Shown piece after piece: positions 1-8,027 of a DNA stretch of 32,000 nt. The notes under the pieces are model-generated. The model worked only from the letters and a program-made list of their open reading frames with translations. It did no database searches and had not been told where the DNA came from. The DNA is taken from positions 1,890,001 through 1,922,000 of the forward strand of contig NC_002939.5 of NCBI RefSeq assembly GCF_000007985.2. The letters run 5' to 3'. Position 1 is the first letter of the stretch. Every line of letters starts with the position of its first letter. The DNA is from Geobacter sulfurreducens PCA. GTDB lineage: Bacteria > Desulfobacterota > Desulfuromonadia > Geobacterales > Geobacteraceae. Made by a program: the position numbers and the translations under genes.

Positions 1-1716
1 CTGGTCGAGCTCGATGACCAGGAAAAGGGAATAGCCGCGCTCCAGGCCGAGATCCAGATCCTCGTTAACCGCATCACTGATGGCGAAGGCAAGATCAAGG
101 ATCAGGGGCAAAGGGTAGGGGAGGCGGAGAAGGCCGGCGGGGTTCTGGAGCAGACGCGGGCGGGCAAGGAGGCTTTCGAACGGGCCGAATCGCGGCTGGC
201 GGAGTTGGTGAGTAAAGACAAACAGCGTCGAGAGGTCGAGAAGGACGTTACCCGCCTTGAAAATGAGACCCAGCGCCTGACGCAGGCAGTCGAGCATGAA
301 CAGAAGGAGATTGAAGGGGAGGGGCGCCGCCTCAGAGAGGAAGAGGACGCCCTTGCCAAAGCCCGGAACGAACTAGAGCCGGACCGGAAGGTGGTGGACA
401 CGGCTGGCCGGCTGCCAGGACTTCGCGACGAGATCAATCGCGTTCGCTCGGAAAAGGGACTCCTGGAAGGGCGCCGCATCGGACTTCTGGAGGGGCAGGA
501 GAAGCTTGGCGAAGGGACATGCCCCTTTTTCAAGGAGCCCTGCCGGAACGTGGCCGGAACCACGCCGAAAGACGTGTTCACCACGAGGATTGCCGAGCTT
601 GACCGGAAGATGCAGGCACTCACCGAGGCCTTGGGCAAACTATCCGTAGAGGTGGCTGACGCCGAGGCGGCCGAGAAACAGCTTGCCGCCCTGACAGTCC
701 GGAGCCAGGAACTGCACAAACAGACGATGGGCTTGGTTGAACGCCGCGCCAGAAATGAAAAACGCGTCGCTACGTTGCAGACATTGTCAACGCAACAGAT
801 CGAAGCGGCCACCCGGGCTAAAGCGCGCAGGGACGATCTTCAGGTCTTTGCCGGCCTTGACCATGAGATTGAACGTGCAACCGCAGAGCGGGGCCGGTTC
901 CAGGCCGACCGCGATGCCTACCATGCCCACGAAAAGGATGCCCTGGATCTGGATAACCGGCGCCAGACCCTGGAGAAGATGCTCCGGCTCCTGGATGAGT
1001 TGCAGAAGCAACTCATCGGGAAGAAAGAGGAACTTATCCGGCTTCAGGAAACCTATAAACCGGGCCAGCACAAGGAAGCCCGTGACCAGAAAGACCGGCT
1101 GGTAGCGCAAGTCGCCTCGCTAGGCCAGCAGATCGAAAATCTGGAGAAGGACCGGAAGCGCCTTGAGGATGAAATCGGCAAACTGAAGCTGCTTAAAGAC
1201 GAGATTGGGCGGAAGCAGGCCGAGAGGAACTCCTTCGAACAGAAGGAGAAACTCGTCAAATTCCTCCGCAACCAGGTCTTCAAGAACGTCTCAGCCCAAC
1301 TCTCGGAGCGGTTCCGGGAGGAAATCAGCCTCCGCGCCGACCGGATCTACCGCACCATTGCCGAGGCCGATGAGGAACTGGTCTGGTCCGAGAACTACCA
1401 GATCGTGCTGCGAGACATGACGGACGGCGTTGTTCGCGAACGGAGCGACGACCAGCTCTCCGGCGGCCAGACCATGAGCGCCGTAGTGGCCCTGCGGCTG
1501 GCACTGCTTCAGACCATCGGCGCCCGGATCGCATTTTTTGACGAACCGACATCCAACCTTGATGCCTCGCGGCGGGAAAACCTGGCCACCGCATTCCGCG
1601 CCATCGATGTAGGCCGGGAAGAGGTCACCGAACACTGGTACGACCAACTGTTCCTCATCAGCCATGATGTAGCCTTCACCGAGATTACGGATCAGATGAT
1701 TCAACTGGGCGAGTGA
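1..1716 (+). CDS. SbcC/Rad50-family SMC-like ATPase, C-terminal part (5' end lies upstream of the window)
   Basis: Frame 1 is open from nt 1 into the 205..1716 ORF. It has a long charged coiled-coil (e.g. KDRKRLEDEIGKLKLLKDEIGRKQ) and a Cys pair CPFFKEPC at 520-543. The C-terminal ABC head carries signature LSGGQ, Walker B FFDEPTSNLD and H-loop LISHD. Confidence 0.75.
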   Translation: MVELDDQEKGIAALQAEIQILVNRITDGEGKIKDQGQRVGEAEKAGGVLEQTRAGKEAFERAESRLAELVSKDKQRREVEKDVTRLENETQRLTQAVEHEQKEIEGEGRRLREEEDALAKARNELEPDRKVVDTAGRLPGLRDEINRVRSEKGLLEGRRIGLLEGQEKLGEGTCPFFKEPCRNVAGTTPKDVFTTRIAELDRKMQALTEALGKLSVEVADAEAAEKQLAALTVRSQELHKQTMGLVERRARNEKRVATLQTLSTQQIEAATRAKARRDDLQVFAGLDHEIERATAERGRFQADRDAYHAHEKDALDLDNRRQTLEKMLRLLDELQKQLIGKKEELIRLQETYKPGQHKEARDQKDRLVAQVASLGQQIENLEKDRKRLEDEIGKLKLLKDEIGRKQAERNSFEQKEKLVKFLRNQVFKNVSAQLSERFREEISLRADRIYRTIAEADEELVWSENYQIVLRDMTDGVVRERSDDQLSGGQTMSAVVALRLALLQTIGARIAFFDEPTSNLDASRRENLATAFRAIDVGREEVTEHWYDQLFLISHDVAFTEITDQMIQLGE

Positions 1717-1968
1717 TCTCGGTGATCACGCGAACACAACCACATACCAGTGTAACGGCATATGGCTACTGAACCCGGCTCCGATCAATGCCTTTAGTCC
1801 GGCGCCGGCAAAAGGGCGAAAGCCAGGCCTTCTGAACTTCTATCCTTCACTGACACCATGAACTTTACATAATATATCTTATGGGACGTTAAATATATGG
1901 AGGTGACTCCATGAAAAGCACCAGAGCTCCACCCCCGTTGGCCATCCCCTCTGTCGGTGGCAGACGTC

Positions 1969-2586
1969 CTAGACATTGGCTGGATCGGCTTCGGCAATCA
2001 GCTTTCTCAGCTTAGTTATGGATGCACGCTCCATTGGTTTACCGGTGATACTGCTTTTGGGTACGCGGTAAATGTCGTCAGGTGCATAAACGGTACATTC
2101 GATTATTACTTCATCTTCTTCCAGGTAGATATGTGAATATTCGATAAACTCTCCTCCTTGTCGAATTGTTACGACATCTGATTCGTATGGAATGTTCCTG
2201 CTACGCAGATACTCCTCCACCTCTTCGCTTGACCCGGCAAACAGATGGAGGTCGATGTCGCTTGCAGCGGTTACTGCCCCGGTGAGCACCGACCCGACCA
2301 GATATGGACGGAACGGCGCCAGCATTTCCATACAGCGCAGGGCCGCGCAGCGCATCTTGTGCAACCGCTCCGGGTGTGCTTTCTCTTCATGGATTGCGAT
2401 GAGTCGCTGGAGCTCCCTATGGATCTCAGCATTGCTGGGCAGATGCGAACCGAGCGAGAGACTTTTTTCCAGCCCGAAGCGTCTCGCCGCCTTTCGTTTG
2501 GCGTCTCGGTATTCGCTCACCCCCTCGACATACATGAGGCGCGCCGCTTCCTGCGCAATGAGCTGTCGAATCCTGTCTCCTCTCAT
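1969..2586 (-). CDS. Pol-beta superfamily nucleotidyltransferase domain protein with an N-terminal helical extension
   Basis: 205-aa ORF with the motif GS-x10-DID (YLVGSVLTGAVTAASDIDLHLF), typical of minimal NTases. There is no SD, and an extended -10 lies 10 nt upstream of the ATG. The 3' half of the gene is clearly lower in GC than the flanks. Confidence 0.6.
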   Translation of the reverse strand: MRGDRIRQLIAQEAARLMYVEGVSEYRDAKRKAARRFGLEKSLSLGSHLPSNAEIHRELQRLIAIHEEKAHPERLHKMRCAALRCMEMLAPFRPYLVGSVLTGAVTAASDIDLHLFAGSSEEVEEYLRSRNIPYESDVVTIRQGGEFIEYSHIYLEEDEVIIECTVYAPDDIYRVPKSSITGKPMERASITKLRKLIAEADPANV

Positions 2587-2596
2587 ATAATTTTAC

Positions 2597-2605
2597 AGTA
2601 TATCA
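2597..2605 (-). promoter_or_regulatory. Extended -10 element (TGaTATACT) 10 nt upstream of the NTase ATG; implies a near-leaderless mRNA
   Basis: The minus strand reads TGATATACT GTAAAATTAT ATG. There is no SD before the ATG at 2586. Confidence 0.35.
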
Positions 2606-2675
2606 AGGCATTGGCAGAGTTACATGCGGTCACGCCACGATTCGGTTTACCAAACCCGGAGTCGATGTGGGATGG

Positions 2676-2684
2676 TGGTATACT
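2676..2684 (+). promoter_or_regulatory. Extended -10 element (TGgTATACT) upstream of the dksA-like gene
   Basis: TGGTATACT at 2676-2684 with no good -35. It would give a leader of about 92 nt. Confidence 0.35.
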
Positions 2685-2724
2685 CTAGTGTAGCCACGCA
2701 TTCATAATGTTTCCCCCCCATTTG

Positions 2725-2762
2725 CCGCCCTCCCCTTATTCAGCCAGAACAGGGTGGGGCGG
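2725..2762 (+). other. GC-rich hairpin in the dksA-like 5' leader
   Basis: CCGCCCTCCCC (2725-2735) pairs with GGGTGGGGCGG (2752-2762) at 10 of 11 positions (one G:U, one mismatch). The loop is 16 nt. The hairpin ends 10 nt before the SD and no U-tract follows. Confidence 0.35.
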
Positions 2763-2782
2763 TGCGATTGCCGGAGGTTATC

Positions 2783-3175
2783 ATGGTGCGGTTGTCACGA
2801 GAGCGCCATGAGCGTCTTGAAAAGCTGCTCATGGCTGAGAAGACCAGGCTGTGGACCGAAGTCAGGAGGGAGCTGTTCGAAACTCTCGGGCAGGAGTTGC
2901 GCAGTCAGTACGATCTGCCGCAGGATGTCGGGGAGCGGAGCCTTATCGACGTCCTGGCCGATACGGGATTGGTCGTGGCCGATATCCGGCGCCAGGAGTT
3001 GACCCGAATGGAAGATGCCATGGGTAGACTGGCGGAGGGTGTCTACGGAGTTTGCGAGGAGTGTGGTGCTGAGATCGGGGAGGAGCGGCTGCGGGTGGTT
3101 CCGTACGCGACGCATTGCGTCAGTTGTCAGGCCCGGCAGGAAGGTCCGCCTCATGGGTCGGGCGTGACCCTCTGA
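2783..3175 (+). CDS. DksA/TraR-family C4 zinc-finger protein
   Basis: ATG at 2783 sits 5 nt after GGAGG (2773-2777), so I prefer it to the GTG at 2762 used by the ORF track. A coiled-coil region is followed by CEECG-x17-CVSC, the DksA/TraR zinc-finger pattern (YGVCEECGAEIGEERLRVVPYATHCVSCQ). Confidence 0.75.
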   Translation: MVRLSRERHERLEKLLMAEKTRLWTEVRRELFETLGQELRSQYDLPQDVGERSLIDVLADTGLVVADIRRQELTRMEDAMGRLAEGVYGVCEECGAEIGEERLRVVPYATHCVSCQARQEGPPHGSGVTL

Positions 3176-3198
3176 CGAGTACGGCGCGGGAGGCGACC

Positions 3199-4209
3199 AT
3201 GCGGGAAGCGATGTTCTACGAGCGGCTGAATGATAACCTTGTCCGTTGCGGTCTGTGCCGACATCATTGCCAGATCGGTGACGGTGCCCGTGGCATCTGC
3301 GCAGTGCGGGAAAATCGGGGAGGAACTCTCTATTCTCTCGTCTACGGCAAGCTGGTGGCGGAAAACGTTGACCCCATCGAGAAAAAGCCCCTGTTCCACG
3401 TGCTGCCGGCAAGCAGGTCCTTTTCCATAGCCACGGTGGGGTGCAATTTCCGTTGCCGTCATTGCCAGAACTATTCGATATCGCAGGTACCCCCCAAAGC
3501 CCCCATCGTGGGTGAGGACCACTCGCCCCAATCGGTGATTCGGAAGGCTCAGGCCACAGGCTGCCGCTCCATTGCCTACACCTACACCGAACCGACCATT
3601 TTCTTCGAGTTTGCCTACGATACCGCCCGCCTCGCCAAGGAGGCCGGGCTTCTGAACGTGTTCGTCACCAACGGTTATATCTCGAAAAAGGCGCTGGCTA
3701 CAGCGGCGCCGTACCTGGATGCGGCGAATATCGACCTGAAGGGATTCAGTGAGGGATTTTACCGCGACTACATCCATGCCCGACTTTCCGAAGTGCTCGA
3801 CTCGATCGTGGAGCACCGGAAGCTCGACATCTGGCTTGAGCTGACCACGCTCATCATCCCGGGATTGAATGATTCAGATGAGGAACTGCAGGGAATCGCC
3901 TCGTTCATAGCGGGCAATCTGGGGGTGGATACCCCCTGGCATGTGACCCAGTTCTATCCCACCTACCAGTTGACCGACCGGCCCCGGACCCCGGTGGCAA
4001 CCCTGCGCCGGGCACGGGACATCGGCAAGGCGGCAGGGTTGCGCTATGTGTACGAAGGAAATGTCCCCGGTGAGGGGGGGGAGAATACTTTTTGCCCTTC
4101 CTGTGCCGCCCTGCTGATCGGCCGCCACGGGTATCTCATTGAAAGGAACAGGATCGAAAACGGAGCCTGTCCCGACTGTGGCGTCGCCATAGCGGGCATC
4201 GGCATGTGA
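3199..4209 (+). CDS. Radical SAM enzyme, PflA-like activase fold, AmmeMemoRadiSam-system type
   Basis: ATG at 3199 sits 5 nt after GGGAGG. It has an N-terminal Cys cluster CGLCRHHC, the motif DPIEKKPLFH, the radical SAM motif CNFRCRHCQN, and C-terminal CPSC...CPDC. The length is 336 aa. The radical SAM call is firm. The subfamily call rests on remembered architecture. Confidence 0.7.
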   Translation: MREAMFYERLNDNLVRCGLCRHHCQIGDGARGICAVRENRGGTLYSLVYGKLVAENVDPIEKKPLFHVLPASRSFSIATVGCNFRCRHCQNYSISQVPPKAPIVGEDHSPQSVIRKAQATGCRSIAYTYTEPTIFFEFAYDTARLAKEAGLLNVFVTNGYISKKALATAAPYLDAANIDLKGFSEGFYRDYIHARLSEVLDSIVEHRKLDIWLELTTLIIPGLNDSDEELQGIASFIAGNLGVDTPWHVTQFYPTYQLTDRPRTPVATLRRARDIGKAAGLRYVYEGNVPGEGGENTFCPSCAALLIGRHGYLIERNRIENGACPDCGVAIAGIGM

Positions 4210-4215
4210 CCGCCG

Positions 4216-5517
4216 TCAGATTTTCCGGTTGTCTATGACCCGCTGGGCCTTGCCCTCGTGGCGCGGAATGCTGTTGGGCTCCACGAGCTTCACTGTTGCC
4301 CCCACGCCGAGGACCGAGTCTATCCGCTTTTCCACCATCTCCAGGAAGGCCTTCTGCTTCTTCATCTCGTCGAAGAAAATGTTCTCGGTCACTTCGATGT
4401 GCACTTCGAGCACATCCAGCGCTCCGTGACGCTCCAGAACGATCTGGTAATGGGGCTCGCACCCCTCGATGGCGAAGAGGATCTCTTCGATCTGGGAGGG
4501 GAAGACATTAACCCCCTTGACGATAAGCATGTCGTCGCTGCGGCCCATGGTCTTCTTCATCCGCACATTGGTTCTGCCGCATGCGCACGGCGAGTAGTCC
4601 AGACTCGTAATGTCGCGGGTCCGGTAACGGATCATGGGAAACGCTTCTTTGGTGAGGGTGGTCAGCACCAGCTCTCCGACGCTTCCCGGCGGCAGCACCT
4701 CCCCGGTTTCAGGGTCGATGATTTCCGCGATAAAAGCATCCTCTGAGATGTGCATGCCGCACTTGTACTCGCAGTCGCCGGCCACGCCCGGGCCGATGAT
4801 TTCGGACAGGCCATAGTTGTCGGTGGCGCTGACGAAGAGGCGGTTCTCGATCTCCTTGCGCATTGCCTCAGACCAGGGCTCGGCCCCAAAGAGACCGACC
4901 TTCAGCGAAAGGCTTTTCGGATCGACCCCCATCTTTTCCATCCGGTCGGCAATGGTGATGGCATAGCTGGGGGTGCAGACGAGGGCCGTGGTCTTGTAGT
5001 CCTGCATGATCATGATCTGCTTTTCGGTGTTGCCGGCACTCATGGGGATGACCGATGCGCCAATGGCCTCCGCGCCGTAGTGAAGACCGAAGGCGCCGGT
5101 GAACAAGCCGTAGCCGAAGGCGATCTGGACCACGTCATCGTGGGTGACACCCGCAGCGGTCATGAAGCGGGCCACCAAGTTGGACCAGACCTTGATGTCG
5201 TGCTTGGTATAGCCGACCACAGTCGGCTTGCCGGTGGTGCCGGATGACGAATGAATCCGCACCACTTCCCGCAGTGGGACCGCGAACATGCCGTAAGGGT
5301 AGTTCAGGCGCAGATCTTCCTTGGTGGTGAACGGGAGTTTCTTCAGGTCGTCCAGCGACTGGATGTCTTCGGGAACAATGCCTCGTTCGGTGAATTTGTT
5401 GCGGTAACAGGTAACGTTCTTGAACGCCCTGTTGAGTGTTGCCTGGAGCCGTTCAAGCTGGAGCTGTTCCAGCTCCTCTCTCTGCATGCATTCGTACTGT
5501 TGATCCCAGATCTGCAT
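4216..5517 (-). CDS. paaK: Phenylacetate-CoA ligase family (PaaK-like, AMP-forming aryl-acid CoA ligase), copy 1
   Basis: Start moved to the ATG at 5517 (MQIWDQQYE...), preceded by GGGAGAG and 4 nt after the livF stop. Motifs: [18 protein letters not shown] (AMP-binding P-loop-like), YGLSE, RYRTRD. Confidence 0.85.
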   Translation of the reverse strand: MQIWDQQYECMQREELEQLQLERLQATLNRAFKNVTCYRNKFTERGIVPEDIQSLDDLKKLPFTTKEDLRLNYPYGMFAVPLREVVRIHSSSGTTGKPTVVGYTKHDIKVWSNLVARFMTAAGVTHDDVVQIAFGYGLFTGAFGLHYGAEAIGASVIPMSAGNTEKQIMIMQDYKTTALVCTPSYAITIADRMEKMGVDPKSLSLKVGLFGAEPWSEAMRKEIENRLFVSATDNYGLSEIIGPGVAGDCEYKCGMHISEDAFIAEIIDPETGEVLPPGSVGELVLTTLTKEAFPMIRYRTRDITSLDYSPCACGRTNVRMKKTMGRSDDMLIVKGVNVFPSQIEEILFAIEGCEPHYQIVLERHGALDVLEVHIEVTENIFFDEMKKQKAFLEMVEKRIDSVLGVGATVKLVEPNSIPRHEGKAQRVIDNRKI

Positions 5518-5521
5518 ACGG

Positions 5522-6265
5522 TTATCTCTCCCAGATCTCCTTTTTGTCCTTACCAAGGTATGCGCGCTGAACTTCTTTATTTTCAAGCAATTCAGAGGCT
5601 ATTCCCTCAAGTATCACTTTACCTGTTTCTATGACGTAGCCCCTGTCGGCCATCTTGAGGGCTGCCTTGGCGTTCTGCTCGACCAGGAGCACGGTTGTTC
5701 CCCGATCGCGGCGCAACTGCTCGATAACCTTGAAAATCTCCTGAACCACCAGCGGTGCCAGCCCCATGGAGGGTTCATCGAGCAGCAGCAGCTTTGGCCG
5801 CGCCATGAGAGCACGGCCCATGGCGAGCATCTGCTGTTCGCCGCCGGAAAGGGTTCCGGCAGCCTGTTTGCGGCGTTCACGTAGGCGGGGGAACAGCGCG
5901 TAAATGTCATCCAGGTCTTTACGGATGTCGCCCCGCCCTTCCCTGCCACGATACCGGAGATAGGCCCCGAGCTCAAGGTTGTCCTCCACCGACAGGGGCT
6001 TGAACACCTGACGACCCTCTGGAACCTGGCAGATGCCGAGCTTCACTATCCGGTCCGGTCCGAGTCCGGCAAGATCCTGGCCCTCAAAAAGGATCTTGCC
6101 TACGGACGGCGGCGTGACCGCGGAAATGGAGTTGAGCATGGTGGTCTTGCCGGCACCGTTGGCGCCGATCAACGTAACGATCTCCCCCTTGTTGAGATGC
6201 AGGGAGATGTTTTTGAGCGCATGGACCTTACCGTAGTAGGTATTGATGTTCTTGATCGTTAGCAT
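5522..6265 (-). CDS. livF: ABC transporter ATP-binding protein, LivF type
   Basis: Walker [10 protein letters not shown], signature LSGGEQQML, Walker [13 protein letters not shown]-terminal AYLG motif typical of LivF. Confidence 0.9.
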   Translation of the reverse strand: MLTIKNINTYYGKVHALKNISLHLNKGEIVTLIGANGAGKTTMLNSISAVTPPSVGKILFEGQDLAGLGPDRIVKLGICQVPEGRQVFKPLSVEDNLELGAYLRYRGREGRGDIRKDLDDIYALFPRLRERRKQAAGTLSGGEQQMLAMGRALMARPKLLLLDEPSMGLAPLVVQEIFKVIEQLRRDRGTTVLLVEQNAKAALKMADRGYVIETGKVILEGIASELLENKEVQRAYLGKDKKEIWER

Positions 6266-6281
6266 AGGTGACCGGATATGC

Positions 6282-7034
6282 CTAGCCTTCGCCCAGATAG
6301 GCCGCTATGACTTCGGGATTTTCCTGGATTTCACGCGGCGTCCCTTGGGCAAGAGTGCGTCCCAGGTTCAGTACAACGATCGCCTCACAGATGTCCATCA
6401 CAAGCTCCATGTCGTGTTCGACCAGGGCCACGGTAACGCCCGACTCGCAGATCTTCTGGATCAGGCGCGCCAGCTCCAGTGTCTCGCGACTGTTGAGGCC
6501 CGCGGCAGGCTCATCCATGAGGATAAGTTTCGGCTCCAGCGCCATGGAGCGTGCAATTTCAAGGAGCCGCCCCTTGCCAAAGGGAAGATTGGCGGCCTCC
6601 ACATCGGCCAGGTCGACAATACCGGTGAATTCGAGCCAGTGCAGCGCCCGTTCGCGCAGGCGCCGCTCTTCGGCCACCTGCCAGGGGGCACGAAACGCCG
6701 AGGCGAAGATGCCGCTTTTCCCTTTCGTATGGAGCCCCACCATGACGTTTTCAAGCACCGTCATCTTGCCGAAGAGCTCGATATTCTGAAAGGTGCGGAC
6801 CATGCCGAGGGGGGCGAGTTTCTCCGGCGCCAGCCGGGTCACGTTTCGGCCGTCGAGCAGAACCGTTCCGGCAGTGGGGGTGTAGATGCCGGTCACGATG
6901 TTGAACAGCGTGGTCTTGCCGGCACCGTTGGGACCAATGATGCCGGTGATACCTCCACCCTGAACGGTAAAGGAAACGTCATCAAGGGCCGTAACACCGC
7001 CGAAGCGCTGGGTGATTCCCTGAACCTCAAGCAT
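6282..7034 (-). CDS. livG: ABC transporter ATP-binding protein, LivG type
   Basis: Walker A GPNGAGKTT, LivG-like signature region LPFGKGRLLEIARSM, Walker B LILMDEPAAGL. Overlaps the livM 3' end by 8 nt. Confidence 0.9.
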   Translation of the reverse strand: MLEVQGITQRFGGVTALDDVSFTVQGGGITGIIGPNGAGKTTLFNIVTGIYTPTAGTVLLDGRNVTRLAPEKLAPLGMVRTFQNIELFGKMTVLENVMVGLHTKGKSGIFASAFRAPWQVAEERRLRERALHWLEFTGIVDLADVEAANLPFGKGRLLEIARSMALEPKLILMDEPAAGLNSRETLELARLIQKICESGVTVALVEHDMELVMDICEAIVVLNLGRTLAQGTPREIQENPEVIAAYLGEG

Positions 7035-8007
7035 CGGCGGCTCCCCTACCCTCGCGGGAACGAAACCGCTGGAACAGATCCGGGATGCCGCGCACGAGCC
7101 CGCCGGGCATGAACATGGTCATGAAGATGAGGAGCAGGCCGTACACCACGATATCGTAGTCCTGGAACGCCCTGAGCAGTTCTGGAAGGAGGGTCAGGAG
7201 CGTGGCGCCCAGGAATGAGCCGTAGATGCTTCCGAGCCCGCCGATGATCACCATGGTGACCAATTCCACTGAAAAATTGAACCCGAACGATGTGGGCGAG
7301 ACAAAGGTCATGGTATGGGCATAGAGGCTCCCGGCCACCGAGGAGATGACTGCCGACAGGGCGAATACCTGCACCTTCAGGAGGCGCACGTTGACCCCCA
7401 TGACCCGGGCGGCCACTTCGGAGTCGTGAATGGCGCGCAGCCCCCTGCCGATACGCGAATTAACCAGGTTGACGGAGAGAAGAATGGTTACCAGGGCGAT
7501 GCCCCAGATAAGATAGTAGTTTTTCAGGTCCGAATCAAAGGTCACGGAGCCGACCGCCAGATTCGGGATGCCGGGAAACCCCGATGGCCCGCCCGTCAAC
7601 TCCACTGCTTCGTTGAAGAGGATATAGACGATAATCCCGAAGCCGAGGGTGGCCATGGCCAGGTAGTGCCCCTTGAGCTTCAGGATCGGGAAGCCAATGG
7701 CAAATGCAAGAGTGCCGACCGCGGCGGCGACCACCACCATGGCGAGCCAAGGATTCCACTCGTGGGTTGCGGTGAGGATGCCCGAGGCATAGGCCCCGAG
7801 CCCGAAAAAGGCCGCCTGTCCCAAGGAGATTTGCCCCGCGTAGCCAAGCAGCAGGTTGAGGGCAACGGCGAGCATGGTATGAATCCCGACAAAGACAAAG
7901 ACGTTAAGCAGATAGCCTTCTGCTATGAATGTCGGCAGCGCCAGAATCAGCAGGGAGAAGCAGATGAATCTCACGCTTTGAAGCTTTACAAGAGATAATA
8001 CGTTCAT
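7027..8007 (-). CDS. livM: ABC transporter permease, LivM type
   Basis: 326-aa polytopic membrane protein. GYAGQISLGQAAFFGLGAY motif of the HAAT-family LivM permeases. Confidence 0.85.
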   Translation of the reverse strand: MNVLSLVKLQSVRFICFSLLILALPTFIAEGYLLNVFVFVGIHTMLAVALNLLLGYAGQISLGQAAFFGLGAYASGILTATHEWNPWLAMVVVAAAVGTLAFAIGFPILKLKGHYLAMATLGFGIIVYILFNEAVELTGGPSGFPGIPNLAVGSVTFDSDLKNYYLIWGIALVTILLSVNLVNSRIGRGLRAIHDSEVAARVMGVNVRLLKVQVFALSAVISSVAGSLYAHTMTFVSPTSFGFNFSVELVTMVIIGGLGSIYGSFLGATLLTLLPELLRAFQDYDIVVYGLLLIFMTMFMPGGLVRGIPDLFQRFRSREGRGAADA

Positions 8008-8027
8008 TGCGTTGATTTTCCGTTCAT

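Noticed and set aside
1794-1997. A 67-aa minus-strand ORF in the SbcC/NTase spacer.
   Set aside because: It starts inside the NTase 3' end in another frame. It has no SD and no recognisable features, and it lies in an AT-rich spacer where open frames are not informative.
2707-2811. A 34-codon Pro-rich upstream ORF (MFPPHLPPSPY...) in the dksA-like leader. It was tempting as an EF-P-dependent stalling peptide.
   Set aside because: There is no SD or other initiation signal before its ATG. The Pro codons simply reflect the C-rich arm of the leader hairpin, and it overlaps the dksA-like start out of frame.
5518-5586. N-terminal extensions in the ORF track: paaK to 5586, livH to 8993, SBP to 10156, iorA to 15482, lipoprotein to 19366, unknown ORF to 24747, infA to 24711, epmB to 28024, pyrK to 29815, purM to 30343, ihfB to 21702, rlmD to 24254.
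   Set aside because: These are longest-ORF artefacts. In each case an internal ATG or GTG has a well-spaced SD, restores the canonical family N-terminus or signal peptide, and avoids running through upstream genes, hairpins or promoter boxes.
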